From an uncultured bacterium (lineage in GTDB: Bacteria; Auribacterota; Erginobacteria; Erginobacterales; Erginobacteraceae): a stretch of 64,000 bases of DNA. The stretch lies in NCBI GenBank assembly GCA_963822585.1, contig CAWGIE010000047.1, forward strand, positions 96,001 to 160,000. The letters run 5' to 3'. The position numbers and the translations under genes are program-made. Below the pieces are notes generated by a model, which was not told where the DNA came from, did no database searches, and worked only from the letters and a program-made list of their open reading frames with translations. Shown piece by piece: positions 1 through 10,613 of the stretch (within the stretch, counting starts at the first letter, position 1; each line of letters opens with the position of its first letter).

Positions 1-464
1 GCGATATAACGAGGGGCCAAGTCTTGTTGAATATATGGGGAGATCATTATGCAACTATCCTGGATACAACATCGGTTACTGACGGAGATGTGATCAAATT
101 CGATTACAAGGGGCAGACGTTATATTTAACGGTGATATCGCTGACGAATGTCCTGTTCGGGACTGACTTCGGTAAATTTGAATTGTCTTCTACGCCCCCT
201 GCCGAGCGAGAATTGTCTGAAGGATATAGAATCATACATTTTGATTATGACAATGCTACCAGTCGCGGAGTGATTTCGATTGATACACACGGAAAAGGGA
301 TGGAGGCCAGGGAATGGCTCGTTAAAAATATCGGAGCGATTTGTTCAAGTAAGAATATTGTTCTCAAAGCCGGCGAGGATGCCGAGAAAGGCGGTCATTA
401 CCGGATCTTAGATGAAAAGATCAAGGACGATATCTTAACCGTCAACTTTGAAGCAGCCTGGTAA
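1..464 (+). CDS. Hypothetical protein, 5'-truncated by the window edge
   Basis: Frame is open from position 3 to TAA at 464; protein-like composition, no recognisable motif. Confidence 0.6.
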   Translation, partial: DITRGQVLLNIWGDHYATILDTTSVTDGDVIKFDYKGQTLYLTVISLTNVLFGTDFGKFELSSTPPAERELSEGYRIIHFDYDNATSRGVISIDTHGKGMEAREWLVKNIGAICSSKNIVLKAGEDAEKGGHYRILDEKIKDDILTVNFEAAW

Positions 465-587
465 AAAAACTTGATATCTAATCAAACCGCGGAGAAAGCG
501 AAGAACCCAGTGAGAAAGTGGGGGAGGAACGCAATGCGCCATATGCAAGCGCAGCGATCCTACATCTCCTACAATCCGCCTCCGGCG

Positions 588-632
588 GAGATCCTACAAG
601 CAACCCCGAAGTCTTTTCGGGGGAGCGATACA
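588..632. repeat. REP-like palindromic element, copy 1 (copy 2 at about 1919-1962)
   Basis: GATCCTACAAGC(A/G)ACCCCGAAGTCT(T/G)TTCGGGGGAGCGATAC occurs twice, with a CCCCGAA..TTCGGGG hairpin. Confidence 0.7.
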
Positions 633-1029
633 ACAGTTTCTTTGGCTTTAGGCACTTATTCACAATGCAACAAAGCAACACCGTCCCCCATATGATTAAT
701 ATCTGGGCAGGGAGGCTTAGTTCGCGGGGGTACTCGCGGCAGCGGCGGCCGTATCCGACGACGACGGTCACGGTCGAGATAGTCGGCCAGACCGAGAAAG
801 CGCTCAGAATTAAGAATGACCGGGGCGAAGGAGGAAGGAGCTGGTTTTTCCATCATTCCAATACTCCATCACTCCAACACTCCAGTTTTCTAATCATTGA
901 ACATTGTCATTCAATCGAAGATGAACTAAAGAGTAGATTAGAGCCCTATCAGATACCAGTGGGAGGAAAAATTCCCCGAAAAATTAAAACCAAGTCTCAG
1001 TCCCCGTTCTAAATACTGAACGATTATCA

Positions 1030-1401
1030 ATGTGGATTTTTACTAAATACGGTTTCTTCAGTGCAGTTTGCGCCCGGCAGGGAGACGGCAAGCTTGGTCA
1101 GGCCATCGATCCTGACCGTATTATGGTTCGGGCAAGAGTCCGGGGACATCTTGAAGCCCTGAAGAAACGATTTTCCGATCTGCTCAGTCAGTGCGATATT
1201 TATGACTTTGCCGGGACCGACTATGCCTTCCGAATCTTCGTTGACAAGGAGGTGTGGTCCCTGGTGCTTTCGGAATTGGCTGAAGAAACCGACTACGACA
1301 ACTTCAAGTCTGAGGTTGCCCGGTATCAAGACGGCGATGATACAGCCTACGAACATTCTCTTCATGAGGTATGGTCGGTGATGCAAAGACTTCAAGAGTA
1401 G
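1030..1401 (+). CDS. Conserved hypothetical protein of a phage/defence-island type family
   Basis: MWIFT.YGFFS, VRAR..HLE, DY.FR and DY.NFK pattern; family recalled, not searched. Confidence 0.7.
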   Translation: MWIFTKYGFFSAVCARQGDGKLGQAIDPDRIMVRARVRGHLEALKKRFSDLLSQCDIYDFAGTDYAFRIFVDKEVWSLVLSELAEETDYDNFKSEVARYQDGDDTAYEHSLHEVWSVMQRLQE

Positions 1402-1793
1402 TTGAGAACTCCACAAAAGAGGTCATTATTAACCCAGGATTCGAATCAATTGTTGTCGGCGGTTTCATCGGGACGATTGATCCTCTGTCTGTCGGCTTGC
1501 TGGCGGGGATCATCATCGGGATCATCGTAATCGTTCCCGCGTGTTTCCGAGCGGCGAGAACTTCGGTCAGGGATGCGAAGAAAAGCCCGAGATGCCCTCA
1601 GTGCGGGAGTAAAAGCTGCGAGAAGCTATCCCGGATCGTCAACCGGCACCACGACATCAGCATCCCGAAAGGGATCGTCGGAGGTCTGCTCTTCGGGAAG
1701 AAGGGCGCGATTGTCGGGTCTCTTTTGGGGAGTGATAGTCCGGAATACGAAAAATATTATAAGTGCCAGGAGTGCGGACACGAATGGATCTGA
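1371..1793 (+). CDS. Small membrane protein with split Zn-ribbon; start uncertain
   Basis: TM helix, CPQC..C, Gly-rich GIVGGLLFG..GAIVG segment, terminal CQECG..W. Confidence 0.55.
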   Translation: MVGDAKTSRVVENSTKEVIINPGFESIVVGGFIGTIDPLSVGLLAGIIIGIIVIVPACFRAARTSVRDAKKSPRCPQCGSKSCEKLSRIVNRHHDISIPKGIVGGLLFGKKGAIVGSLLGSDSPEYEKYYKCQECGHEWI

Positions 1794-1799
1794 AACCAT

Positions 1800-1888
1800 C
1801 CCTCTCCACCCTTTGGGGGGAGAGGGCGATTGAGCGAAGCTCAATCGGGTGAGGGGGGGGTGAGGGGGGGGTGAGGGGGGGGGGTGAG
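1800..1888. repeat. CCCTCTCC..GGAGAGGG..GGGTGAGGGG palindromic repeat; related copy at 10746-10785
   Basis: Nested hairpins followed by reiterated GGTGAGGGGGGG. Confidence 0.65.
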
Positions 1889-2027
1889 CAATGCGCCAAA
1901 CAATATACAAGGCGAAGCCGATCCTACAAGCGACCCCGAAGTCTGTTCGGGGGAGCGATACTGCATTTACTACAAGCCGCCGAAGGCGGCGATACTACAG
2001 CTTCTTAGTTTTTAGGGTTTGACCCTC

Positions 2028-2573
2028 ATGGATATACTGAGACAGTTCTTCCTGGGCCTGGAGGAGATCAAGAACGAGATCGACTTTGCCTTGGAGAAGG
2101 ACCGGGTGGCGGACTTCCCGGGTACGCGGGCGACGGGGCTCCCGGAATTCATGGAACTGCTCGGGAATTCCAACATCCTCGAGAACGTGTCGGTCTCGGT
2201 CCAGCCGATCGGCGATATCTGCCGGCAGACGGTGATCGACGCCCGAACCGGGATTTCGGAAGACACCGTCACCGCCCGCCTCGCCGCTATCCGGGAGCAC
2301 GTCTCGATTATTCTGCGGGCCCGGTCGGAGATCCGCGACCGGCAACTGGAGGAATCTTACCGGAACTTGAAAAGAGCGGTCATGGCCCTCCTGGACAAAA
2401 CTCTCTCCGAGATCAGCATCTTCTTCGGCAAACTCGCCGCTCTGCTCAAGATGGATGAAAAAGACGTCCCGGAAGACAAGCACATCCGCATCGACTTCAT
2501 CCCGGACGTGGAAAAAGAAGGCGCCGCTTGTATCCGGGAGATAGAATGCGCCGAATGGGAATTCAGGAAATAG
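2028..2573 (+). CDS. Hypothetical helical protein just upstream of the helicase operon
   Basis: ATG at 2028, GC3-rich codon usage, 33 bp before the next gene. Confidence 0.65.
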   Translation: MDILRQFFLGLEEIKNEIDFALEKDRVADFPGTRATGLPEFMELLGNSNILENVSVSVQPIGDICRQTVIDARTGISEDTVTARLAAIREHVSIILRARSEIRDRQLEESYRNLKRAVMALLDKTLSEISIFFGKLAALLKMDEKDVPEDKHIRIDFIPDVEKEGAACIREIECAEWEFRK

Positions 2574-2606
2574 TAAAAGTCCGTACGCAAAGGAGATCCA
2601 CGGGAA

Positions 2607-5600
2607 ATGGATATTTTTAAGTTTCGAGACTCAGCCGTTTCCGACTACGCGAAGTATCTAGAGAGCTTTATCAATATCCTGGATCCCCAAATTCAGGAAG
2701 TGGTGGATGAAAGCTTCCGTCGCGGCGATCCATTCCCCCCGGCATTACTCCAGCTGAATCCCTTCTTTAAGGAAGGAGGGAAGATCGATGATCTGGTCTC
2801 GGAAGGAATACTCCACCCTGAGTGCGCAAAGATCTTCCGCCGCAAAAAACACGCCGATGATCCCGGCCAGCCACTCTCCCTTTATGAGCATCAGGTAAAA
2901 GGGATTCGTGCCGCCCATGCCGGCAAGAATTATGTGCTCACAACCGGGACAGGTTCCGGGAAATCACTCGCTTACATTATCCCCATTGTGGATCACATTC
3001 TCAGGAATGGCTCCGGGAATGGTATTCAGGCGATCATCGTTTATCCGATGAACGCCCTGGTCAACAGCCAGTTGGAGGAATTGAAGAAATTCATCAATTG
3101 GGGTTATCCCGAAGGCGGCGGTCCGGTAACCTTCCGGCGTTATACCGGGCAGGAATCCCATGAAGAGCGGGACGAGATAGTCGCCCGTCCTCCCGATATA
3201 ATCCTGACCAACTACGTGATGCTCGAACTGATTCTCACCCGGGTCTTTGAACGCGCTCTGGTTCGCAAGGCCCGGGGAATGCAGTTCCTTGTTCTCGATG
3301 AACTGCACACGTATCGCGGGCGACAAGGCGCCGACGTTGCCCTGCTTATCCGGCGCTTACGGGAAAACGTTTCTTCCCCGGGACTTCAAATCATCGGAAC
3401 TTCAGCCACCCTGGCCGGGGCCGGCTCCCTTGAAGACCAGAGAACGTCGGTAGCTCACATCACCACCCGATTCTTCGGCAGCCCGGTTGAACCGGATGTC
3501 GTGATCGGGGAAACACTGGAACGGATCACGCCCGATAGTGCGCCGGAACCGGCGCCACTTGCGGACAGCGTGAAACAGGCAGGGAAAAATGCCGGGCGGA
3601 GCTATGAGGACTTTATCCATGATCCTCTGGTTATCTGGCTGGAAAACACCATCGGTTTACAAAGGGATCAAAAATCCACTGAATGGATCCGGGCATTACC
3701 AAAGCCGATTGAAGGACAGGGCTCTCCGGCAGAGATCCTGGCTTCATTAACAGGTCTTCCCGAAGAGGATTGTGCCCGGGCGATCAAAATGACTCTTCTG
3801 GAAGGCACCCGGGTCCTCGATGCGAAAGAGCGCCCCCTCTTTGCCTTCCGGTTTCACCAATTCCTTTCCCGCTGTGACGCGGTCTTTTCCTCCCTCGATC
3901 GGGGCGAAGATCGTTATGTGACCGTTTTCCCGCAGAAATTCGTTCCAGGGGATCGGGAACGGCGCCTCTTCCCGCTCGCTTTCTGCCGGGAATGCGGTGA
4001 GGCGTATTATTCGGTAAGCCGCTGTGGAGAGGATGAACAGGTATTCTATGAGCCCCGTGAGTTCAATAAGAGGGCGGAAGGTGAAGAAGCCGAAGCCGGA
4101 TACCTTTACCCGGATTTTGAGGAGAAGTGGCCGGAAGGGGATTTGGAGAAGATTATCGAACTCCTGCCGGAGACAATGCTGGACGAACAGGGAGGACGAA
4201 TTCAGATTAGACAGAGTGCCCGTGGAAAAGTCCCGCGAGTCGTTTATCTTTCCCCCCTCGGCGAGGGGGGAAAAGGTTCGCTCCGGTATCTCTGGTTCCC
4301 GACCCCCTTCATCTTCTGCCATCACTGCGGGGTGGCTTACCATCACCGGCAAACATCGGATTTCGGAAAGCTGACCACCCTTGGTCCCCAGGGCCGGGCG
4401 ACCGCGACAACGATCCTGGCCCAGGCCGTCGTCTCGCGTCTGCGGGCTGACACTGCACTTCCTGAAGAAGCTCGCAAGCTCCTGAGTTTCACGGACAACC
4501 GGCAGGACGCTTCTCTCCAGGCCGGGCATTTCAACGATTTTATCCAGGTTTCCATGCTCCGAGCCGCTCTCTGCGGCGCTCTGGAGGAAGCAGGCGAGCA
4601 GGGCCTGCATCATGATGAACTCACCCAGAAGGTATTCGGAGCCCTCGCTCTGCCGCCCGCAGCCTATTTGCAAAACCCTCATGCGGCATTCGCCCGTGAT
4701 CGCGGCGACCGGGTTTTCCGGGATGTGCTGGGGTATCACCTTTATCGGGACCTTCGAAAAGGCTGGCGGGTGATTGCCCCCAATCTGGAGCAGTGCGGTC
4801 TTCTTACTATTGAATACGAACATCTTTCGGATCTATGCCATGATGAAAGCTGCTGGAAAGAGACACATCCTCTTTTGGCTGCCGCTGCCCCGGAAACCCG
4901 GCTAACGATTGCCCGGGTCCTGCTTGACTATATCCGCCGTGAATTGGGGATCGAGGTTGATTATCTATCTCCGTTCTATCAGGAACGAATATCAGCCTCC
5001 AGCCGCCAGGAACTGAATGAAACCTGGAGTATGGATGAGAGAGAGCGTCTTCTTCACCAAGGCATTATTTTTTCCCGGTCCCGGTGGCCCGGAGCGGACA
5101 GAAACGGCATTTTTATTTCATCTCGCAGCGGTTTCGGGCAGTTTCTCAAGCGGCCGAATACATTCCCCGGCACTGAAAAGCCCTCGACCGCCGATACGGA
5201 ATCCGTTATCAACGATCTTCTCTCCGTCCTCCATAAACTGGGGGGGATAGTAACCGAAGTAACCGCCGGCCAGGAAAGGGGATACCGTCTGCTTGCTTCG
5301 GCAATGATCTGGAAGGCAGCGGATGGGACGCGGGCTTTCCATGATCCCATCCGGATGCCCCGTCAGCCGGAAGAGGGATTGCGGACTAATGAGTTCTTTG
5401 TCGAGTTCTATCGGACCGCCGCCCGGCATCTGGTCGGGCTCAAGGCCCGCGAACACACCGCCCAGGTTGATATGGAAGACCGTCAGAAGCGGGAGAGAGA
5501 GTTTAGAAGTGCGGATCTCCCGGTCCTTTTCTGCTCCCCCACGATGGAACTGGGGGTTGACATCGCCGATCTCAATGTCGTCAATCTCCGCAATGTGCCC

Positions 5601-7769
5601 CCGACCCCGGCTAACTATGCCCAGCGTAGCGGGAGGGCGGGCCGGGGCGGCCAACCGGCCTTTATCTACACGTACTGCGCCACCGGGAGTCCTCACGACT
5701 CCTACTTTTTCAAGCGTCCTGAGAAGATGGTGGCCGGCGCCGTTTCCCCGCCCCGGGTGGAACTCTCCAATGAGGACCTGGTCAAAAGTCATATCCACGC
5801 GATCTGGCTCTCCGGGACGGACCTTGACCTCGGCAAAACCCTCTGTGATATTCTGGACGTGAGCGGGGATGACCCCACGCTTGATTTCAAACCCCACGTC
5901 CGCGACGCGCTCTATTCCCCCGAATTTCGCCATCGCGCCCGGGATAAAGCGACGGCTTTTATCGGCACCATCGGCGAGTACCTAAAAGCCGCGGACTGGT
6001 ACACCGATGATTGGCTTGACCACGTTCTGGACGGCATTCCGATCGAGTTTGAAAGCGCCACCCGGCGCTGGAAGGGGTTGTATCGATCGAACCGCAACCA
6101 GATCAGGATTCAGCATCAGATCGCCAATGACCATGGCCGCTCTCCGGAAGATCAGCGTCGTGCCCGCGATTTGCGCAACCTGGCCGAACGCCAGCTCCGT
6201 CTCCTGACTGAAGCCGGCGGCGTGATGCAGTCTGACTTTTATCCCTACCGGTATTTCGCCAGCGAGGGTTTCCTCCCCGGGTATAATTTCCCCCGGCTGC
6301 CTGTATCGGCTTATATCCCCGGGAGAAGAATGGCCGGTGACGAAGGTAACTACATCTCCCGGCCCCGGTTTCTGGCTGTTTCCGAATTCGGCCCCCGGGC
6401 GCATATCTACCATGAAGGAGCGCGTTACGAAATCAATCGGGTAACACTTCCCGCCGCCACCGACGAAGAGACGGAAGAAGGTTCTCTTTTCGGAGCGGCT
6501 AAAGTTTGCGATGAATGCGGTTATTTGCATCCGGCCATCGGCGGCCATCTCCCCGACAACTGCGAATCCTGCGGAATTTTCCTCCCCGCTGCCGATAATA
6601 ACCTGATGCGAATGCAGAATGTTTCCACCCGGCGGCGGGACCGGATCAATTGTGATGAAGAAGAGCGGTTCCGCCTCGGCTATGACGTCTGGTGCGCGAT
6701 CCGTTTTGCCGATTTTGGAGGGGTTCGGTCCCGGCAGTTGGCAACGGTCAAGGAGGGAGATAAGGACCTGGCTGAGCTTGAATACGGGCAGGCCGCGACT
6801 ATCTGGAGGATCAACCGAGGGTGGAAAGCGAATGACCGGCCCGGTTTCCTCCTTGACCTGGAAAAAGGTCTCTGGGCCAGCGAGAGCAACATGCCGGCGG
6901 ATGACGATGACGGGGAAGCGCTCACTAACAATCTGGCGCGGGTCATTCCCTACGCCGAAGACCGGAAAAATGCCCTGATCCTTCGTCCTGTTCAACAGGG
7001 TCTCCCCAGCCAGGGATTGATGGCCTCCCTTCAAGCCGCCATCAAGTCGGCCATCCAGGTGGTTTTTCAACTGGAAGACAATGAGATCGCGGCTGAACCG
7101 CTCCCTTCCCGGGACGACCGGCGGCGGGTTCTCTTTTATGAGGCTTCCGAGGGTGGGGCGGGGGCACTGCGCCGTTTGGTCGATGAGCGGGAGCTTTTCG
7201 CCGAAGTAGCCCGGAAGGCGCTGGAAATCTGTCACTTCGACCCGGATACGGGCGAAGACAAACGCCGGGCGCCCCAGGCCCGGGAGGACTGCGAGGCCGG
7301 ATGCTACGACTGTCTGCTCTCCTACTCCAACCAGCGGGACCACGATCTGATTGACCGGCAGCTGCTCAAAGATCTCCTGCTGGCCTGGTCCCGGGGGAAA
7401 ACAGAAGTATCTTCGTCCCCCCGAAGTCGGGCGGAGCACCTGGCGGACCTCAAAAACGCCTGCGATTCGTCCCTGGAGAAGGAGTGGCTGGATCGGGTCC
7501 ATGGACTGAACCTGAGACTGCCGACGGCGGCACAGACGCCTATACCCGAATGCGGGACGAAACCGGACTTCTATTATGAGGAGCAGAGGCTGGTCGTCTA
7601 TATCGATGGTCCCCCCCACGACTACCCTGACCGCCAGGATCGGGATAAAGAGCAAATGAACGCCCTGGAGGATCGCGGGTACTGGGTGATGCGGTTTCAC
7701 CATCAGGATGACTGGGATGCGATTTTCCGTGAACACCCGGAAATCTTTGGAGAGATGAGCGATGCCTGA
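2607..7769 (+). CDS. YprA/DrmA-like SF2 helicase with DUF1998 Zn domain and C-terminal DUF559/Vsr-like nuclease (1720 aa)
   Basis: LYEHQ, TGTGSGKS, YPMNAL, DELH, SAT, TMELGVDI, YAQRSGRAGR; C..GCYDCLLSYSN; PDF..VYIDGPPH; RBS AAGGAG. Confidence 0.93.
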   Translation: MDIFKFRDSAVSDYAKYLESFINILDPQIQEVVDESFRRGDPFPPALLQLNPFFKEGGKIDDLVSEGILHPECAKIFRRKKHADDPGQPLSLYEHQVKGIRAAHAGKNYVLTTGTGSGKSLAYIIPIVDHILRNGSGNGIQAIIVYPMNALVNSQLEELKKFINWGYPEGGGPVTFRRYTGQESHEERDEIVARPPDIILTNYVMLELILTRVFERALVRKARGMQFLVLDELHTYRGRQGADVALLIRRLRENVSSPGLQIIGTSATLAGAGSLEDQRTSVAHITTRFFGSPVEPDVVIGETLERITPDSAPEPAPLADSVKQAGKNAGRSYEDFIHDPLVIWLENTIGLQRDQKSTEWIRALPKPIEGQGSPAEILASLTGLPEEDCARAIKMTLLEGTRVLDAKERPLFAFRFHQFLSRCDAVFSSLDRGEDRYVTVFPQKFVPGDRERRLFPLAFCRECGEAYYSVSRCGEDEQVFYEPREFNKRAEGEEAEAGYLYPDFEEKWPEGDLEKIIELLPETMLDEQGGRIQIRQSARGKVPRVVYLSPLGEGGKGSLRYLWFPTPFIFCHHCGVAYHHRQTSDFGKLTTLGPQGRATATTILAQAVVSRLRADTALPEEARKLLSFTDNRQDASLQAGHFNDFIQVSMLRAALCGALEEAGEQGLHHDELTQKVFGALALPPAAYLQNPHAAFARDRGDRVFRDVLGYHLYRDLRKGWRVIAPNLEQCGLLTIEYEHLSDLCHDESCWKETHPLLAAAAPETRLTIARVLLDYIRRELGIEVDYLSPFYQERISASSRQELNETWSMDERERLLHQGIIFSRSRWPGADRNGIFISSRSGFGQFLKRPNTFPGTEKPSTADTESVINDLLSVLHKLGGIVTEVTAGQERGYRLLASAMIWKAADGTRAFHDPIRMPRQPEEGLRTNEFFVEFYRTAARHLVGLKAREHTAQVDMEDRQKREREFRSADLPVLFCSPTMELGVDIADLNVVNLRNVPPTPANYAQRSGRAGRGGQPAFIYTYCATGSPHDSYFFKRPEKMVAGAVSPPRVELSNEDLVKSHIHAIWLSGTDLDLGKTLCDILDVSGDDPTLDFKPHVRDALYSPEFRHRARDKATAFIGTIGEYLKAADWYTDDWLDHVLDGIPIEFESATRRWKGLYRSNRNQIRIQHQIANDHGRSPEDQRRARDLRNLAERQLRLLTEAGGVMQSDFYPYRYFASEGFLPGYNFPRLPVSAYIPGRRMAGDEGNYISRPRFLAVSEFGPRAHIYHEGARYEINRVTLPAATDEETEEGSLFGAAKVCDECGYLHPAIGGHLPDNCESCGIFLPAADNNLMRMQNVSTRRRDRINCDEEERFRLGYDVWCAIRFADFGGVRSRQLATVKEGDKDLAELEYGQAATIWRINRGWKANDRPGFLLDLEKGLWASESNMPADDDDGEALTNNLARVIPYAEDRKNALILRPVQQGLPSQGLMASLQAAIKSAIQVVFQLEDNEIAAEPLPSRDDRRRVLFYEASEGGAGALRRLVDERELFAEVARKALEICHFDPDTGEDKRRAPQAREDCEAGCYDCLLSYSNQRDHDLIDRQLLKDLLLAWSRGKTEVSSSPRSRAEHLADLKNACDSSLEKEWLDRVHGLNLRLPTAAQTPIPECGTKPDFYYEEQRLVVYIDGPPHDYPDRQDRDKEQMNALEDRGYWVMRFHHQDDWDAIFREHPEIFGEMSDA

Positions 7770-10605
7770 TCCGGCCCAATTCGCGGTAGGCTCCCTGGTC
7801 CGGAGCCGGGGAAGAGAGTGGGTAGTCCTCCCCCCGGGTGACGATCCGGAGATCCTCCTGGTCCGGCCCCTGGGTGGCACCGAAGAGGAATCGGCCGGGA
7901 TCCTCGTCTCCCGGGAGCGGGTGGAGCCGGCGTCGTTTGCCCTCCCCGGCGTTGAAGAGATCGGGGATCACCGCTCCTGCCGGCTATTGCGGGATGCACT
8001 CCGGCTCGGCTTCCGTTCCAGCGCCGGCCCTTTCCGCTCCTTCGGCAACCTCGCGGTGGAGCCTCGCCCGTATCAACTGGTCCCCCTGCTCCTGGCGCTC
8101 AAGCTCGATCCCGTCCGTCTGCTTATCGCCGACGATGTCGGCATCGGCAAGACCATCGAGGCGCTCCTGGTGGCCCGGGAGCTGCTGGACCGGGGCGAGA
8201 TCGGACGGATCGCGATCCTCTGCCCGCCTCACCTGGCGGAGCAGTGGCAGGGGGAACTGGCCGAGAAGTTCAACATCAACGCCGATTTAATCCTCTCCGG
8301 AACGACGGCGCGTCTCGAGAGGCGGTGCGGGCTCGATCAGTCCGTCTTCGATGTCTGCCGCCACTTCGTCGTATCTCTTGACTTCATTAAATCTCCCCGA
8401 CGCCGTGATGAGTTTATCCGGGCCTGCCCGGAGTTTGTCATTGTCGACGAGGCGCATGGCTGTTCTTTCGGGGCTCAGTCTCGGGGAGGGAAGCACCGGC
8501 GCTGGGAGCTGGTGAGCAGGCTCTCTCTTGACCGGGAGCGGCACTTGGTTCTGGTCACGGCCACTCCTCACAGCGGGAAGGAGGATAACTTTCGATCTCT
8601 ACTGGCGTTTCTCAAGCCGGAATTTTCCGATCTTCCGGCTGATCTTATCAATTCGACCGCGGAGGATCAGAGGAGGGAATTGGCCCGCTACTTCATCCAG
8701 CGCCGCCGTGCCGATATCAAGGATTACCTGGATGCCGCCACTCATTTCCCGGAGCGGATGGAGGCCGAGGAGACCTATGCTCTTTCCCCGGCTTACCGCG
8801 CGCTCTTTGACCGGGTGCTCGCCTATGCCCGGGAACTGGTTCAGGACCGGGGAGAGAGCCGGTTCCGACAGAGGGTCAGATGGTGGTCGGCACTGGCGAT
8901 GCTCCGCTCGCTTGCCTCCAGCCCGGCCGCGGCTGCCGCCACCCTCCGCAACCGGGCTCTTCACGAGGAGGGGGAGACACCGGATGAAATTGATGAGGCC
9001 GGGAAACGCGCCGTCCTCGACCTTGACGATCCGGAGACGATCGAAGGCCTCGATATCTCTCCCGGAGCCGACACCGCCGATATTGAAGACGATGGAGAAC
9101 GGACGCATAACCGATTGCTGGCCCTGGCCCGGGAGGCGGAGAAGCTTTCGGGAGAGGAGGATCACAAGTTCACCACCGCCGTCCCACTGATCAAGCGACT
9201 GCTTGATGACAACTTGAAGCCGATTGTCTTCTGCCGTTTCATCCCCACCGCCGAATACCTGGCCGAGCACCTTCGGAAAAAGTTCGGCTCCGGTACTGAG
9301 GTCATTGCCGTCACCGGGATGCTGCCTCCCTCCGAACGGGAAGCCCGGATACTGGAGCTGGCCATGCACCCCCGCCGGGTCCTGGTCTGTACCGACTGCC
9401 TCTCCGAAGGGATCAATCTCCAAGAACATTTCGACGCTGTTTTTCATTACGATCTCTCCTGGTCGCCGACCCGCCACGAGCAGAGGGAGGGTCGGGTGGA
9501 TCGCTATGGCCAGCCCCGGGACACGATCCGAGTTGTCACTTATTATGGAACCGATAACCAAATTGACGGTCTGGTTCTCGATGTGCTGATCCGCAAGCAC
9601 AAGAAAATCCGCTCCACCCTCGGCATATCGGTTCCCGTTCCAGTCGAGTCCGATCAGGTCATCGAGGCTATACTTGAAGGGCTCCTTCTCCGGGGGACGA
9701 CCGCGGCCGATCAGCTCACCTTCGACGAGAAGCTTTTCGGCCGCAAGGGGGAGGGCTTCTTCACCGAATGGGAGAAAGCCGGCGAGAGGGAGAAGCGCTC
9801 CCGGACGCTCTTTGCCCAGAAGAGCATTCATCCGGAGGAAGTCGCCCGGGAACTGCGGGAAATTCGCCGGGCTCTTGGATCGGGTACGTCTCTCCCCGTG
9901 TTCTTTGAAGACGCCGCCCGGGCCCTGGGGGGCCTGCTCGAAAAAAAAGGATGCCTCATCGAAGCCGATCTTTCCGAGACTCCGCGCCCGTTGCGGGACG
10001 CGATCCGGGATTATCTCGACCGGGACCAGATGCTTTGTTCAGGATTTGAAATGCCGGTTCCGGAAGGGTGCAACTACCTCCACCGGACTCACCCCGTGAT
10101 CGAGAACCTCGCCTCCTATTTGGTCGATACCAGCCTGGACCCCGCCGGGGAAAGACCGGTCGCCGCCCGGGCGGGGGTTATCAGCACGTCGGCGGTCGCG
10201 GTCCGGACCACACTGCTCCTGGTCCGGTTCCGGTTTCACATCATCACCACGATCGAGGGCAAAGAATCCCCGATCCTGGCCGAGGATTGTCGTCTGCTTG
10301 CTTTCGAGGGCGCCCCGGAGGAAGCAGTCTGGCTAGATGCCACGCGGGCCGAAGAGTTGCTGATGGCAAAACCGGATACGGAGAGGGAGATTGTCCTGGG
10401 CCAGAAGAAGACAATGCTCGAACGAGTCATCAAGGGCTATCCGGCCTTGAAGCCCCGGATCGAGGAAGAAGCCCGCTCACTGGCGCAAGAACTATTGGAA
10501 TCCCACCGCCGCGTCCGCAACCTCTCCCGGCGAAAGGGTGTCCGCTACCGCGTCGAACCAAACCTCCCCCCTGACCTTTTAGGAGTATATATATATTTGC
10601 CTTGA
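7762..10605 (+). CDS. SNF2-family helicase (DrmD-like)
   Basis: PRPYQ, LIADDVGIGKT, DEAH, TATPH, SEGINLQ, EQREGRVDRYGQ; overlaps the upstream stop by 8 bp. Confidence 0.92.
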   Translation: MPDPAQFAVGSLVRSRGREWVVLPPGDDPEILLVRPLGGTEEESAGILVSRERVEPASFALPGVEEIGDHRSCRLLRDALRLGFRSSAGPFRSFGNLAVEPRPYQLVPLLLALKLDPVRLLIADDVGIGKTIEALLVARELLDRGEIGRIAILCPPHLAEQWQGELAEKFNINADLILSGTTARLERRCGLDQSVFDVCRHFVVSLDFIKSPRRRDEFIRACPEFVIVDEAHGCSFGAQSRGGKHRRWELVSRLSLDRERHLVLVTATPHSGKEDNFRSLLAFLKPEFSDLPADLINSTAEDQRRELARYFIQRRRADIKDYLDAATHFPERMEAEETYALSPAYRALFDRVLAYARELVQDRGESRFRQRVRWWSALAMLRSLASSPAAAAATLRNRALHEEGETPDEIDEAGKRAVLDLDDPETIEGLDISPGADTADIEDDGERTHNRLLALAREAEKLSGEEDHKFTTAVPLIKRLLDDNLKPIVFCRFIPTAEYLAEHLRKKFGSGTEVIAVTGMLPPSEREARILELAMHPRRVLVCTDCLSEGINLQEHFDAVFHYDLSWSPTRHEQREGRVDRYGQPRDTIRVVTYYGTDNQIDGLVLDVLIRKHKKIRSTLGISVPVPVESDQVIEAILEGLLLRGTTAADQLTFDEKLFGRKGEGFFTEWEKAGEREKRSRTLFAQKSIHPEEVARELREIRRALGSGTSLPVFFEDAARALGGLLEKKGCLIEADLSETPRPLRDAIRDYLDRDQMLCSGFEMPVPEGCNYLHRTHPVIENLASYLVDTSLDPAGERPVAARAGVISTSAVAVRTTLLLVRFRFHIITTIEGKESPILAEDCRLLAFEGAPEEAVWLDATRAEELLMAKPDTEREIVLGQKKTMLERVIKGYPALKPRIEEEARSLAQELLESHRRVRNLSRRKGVRYRVEPNLPPDLLGVYIYLP

Positions 10606-10613
10606 TAAGTACT

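Noticed and set aside
471..1012. Overlapping short ORFs
   Set aside because: Region consists of palindromic and short tandem repeats with no coherent coding signal
5982..7880. 632-aa minus-strand ORF and similar long antisense ORFs (3747, 8599, 40490, 52946)
   Set aside because: They overlap well-supported genes and have no motifs; typical high-GC3 shadows
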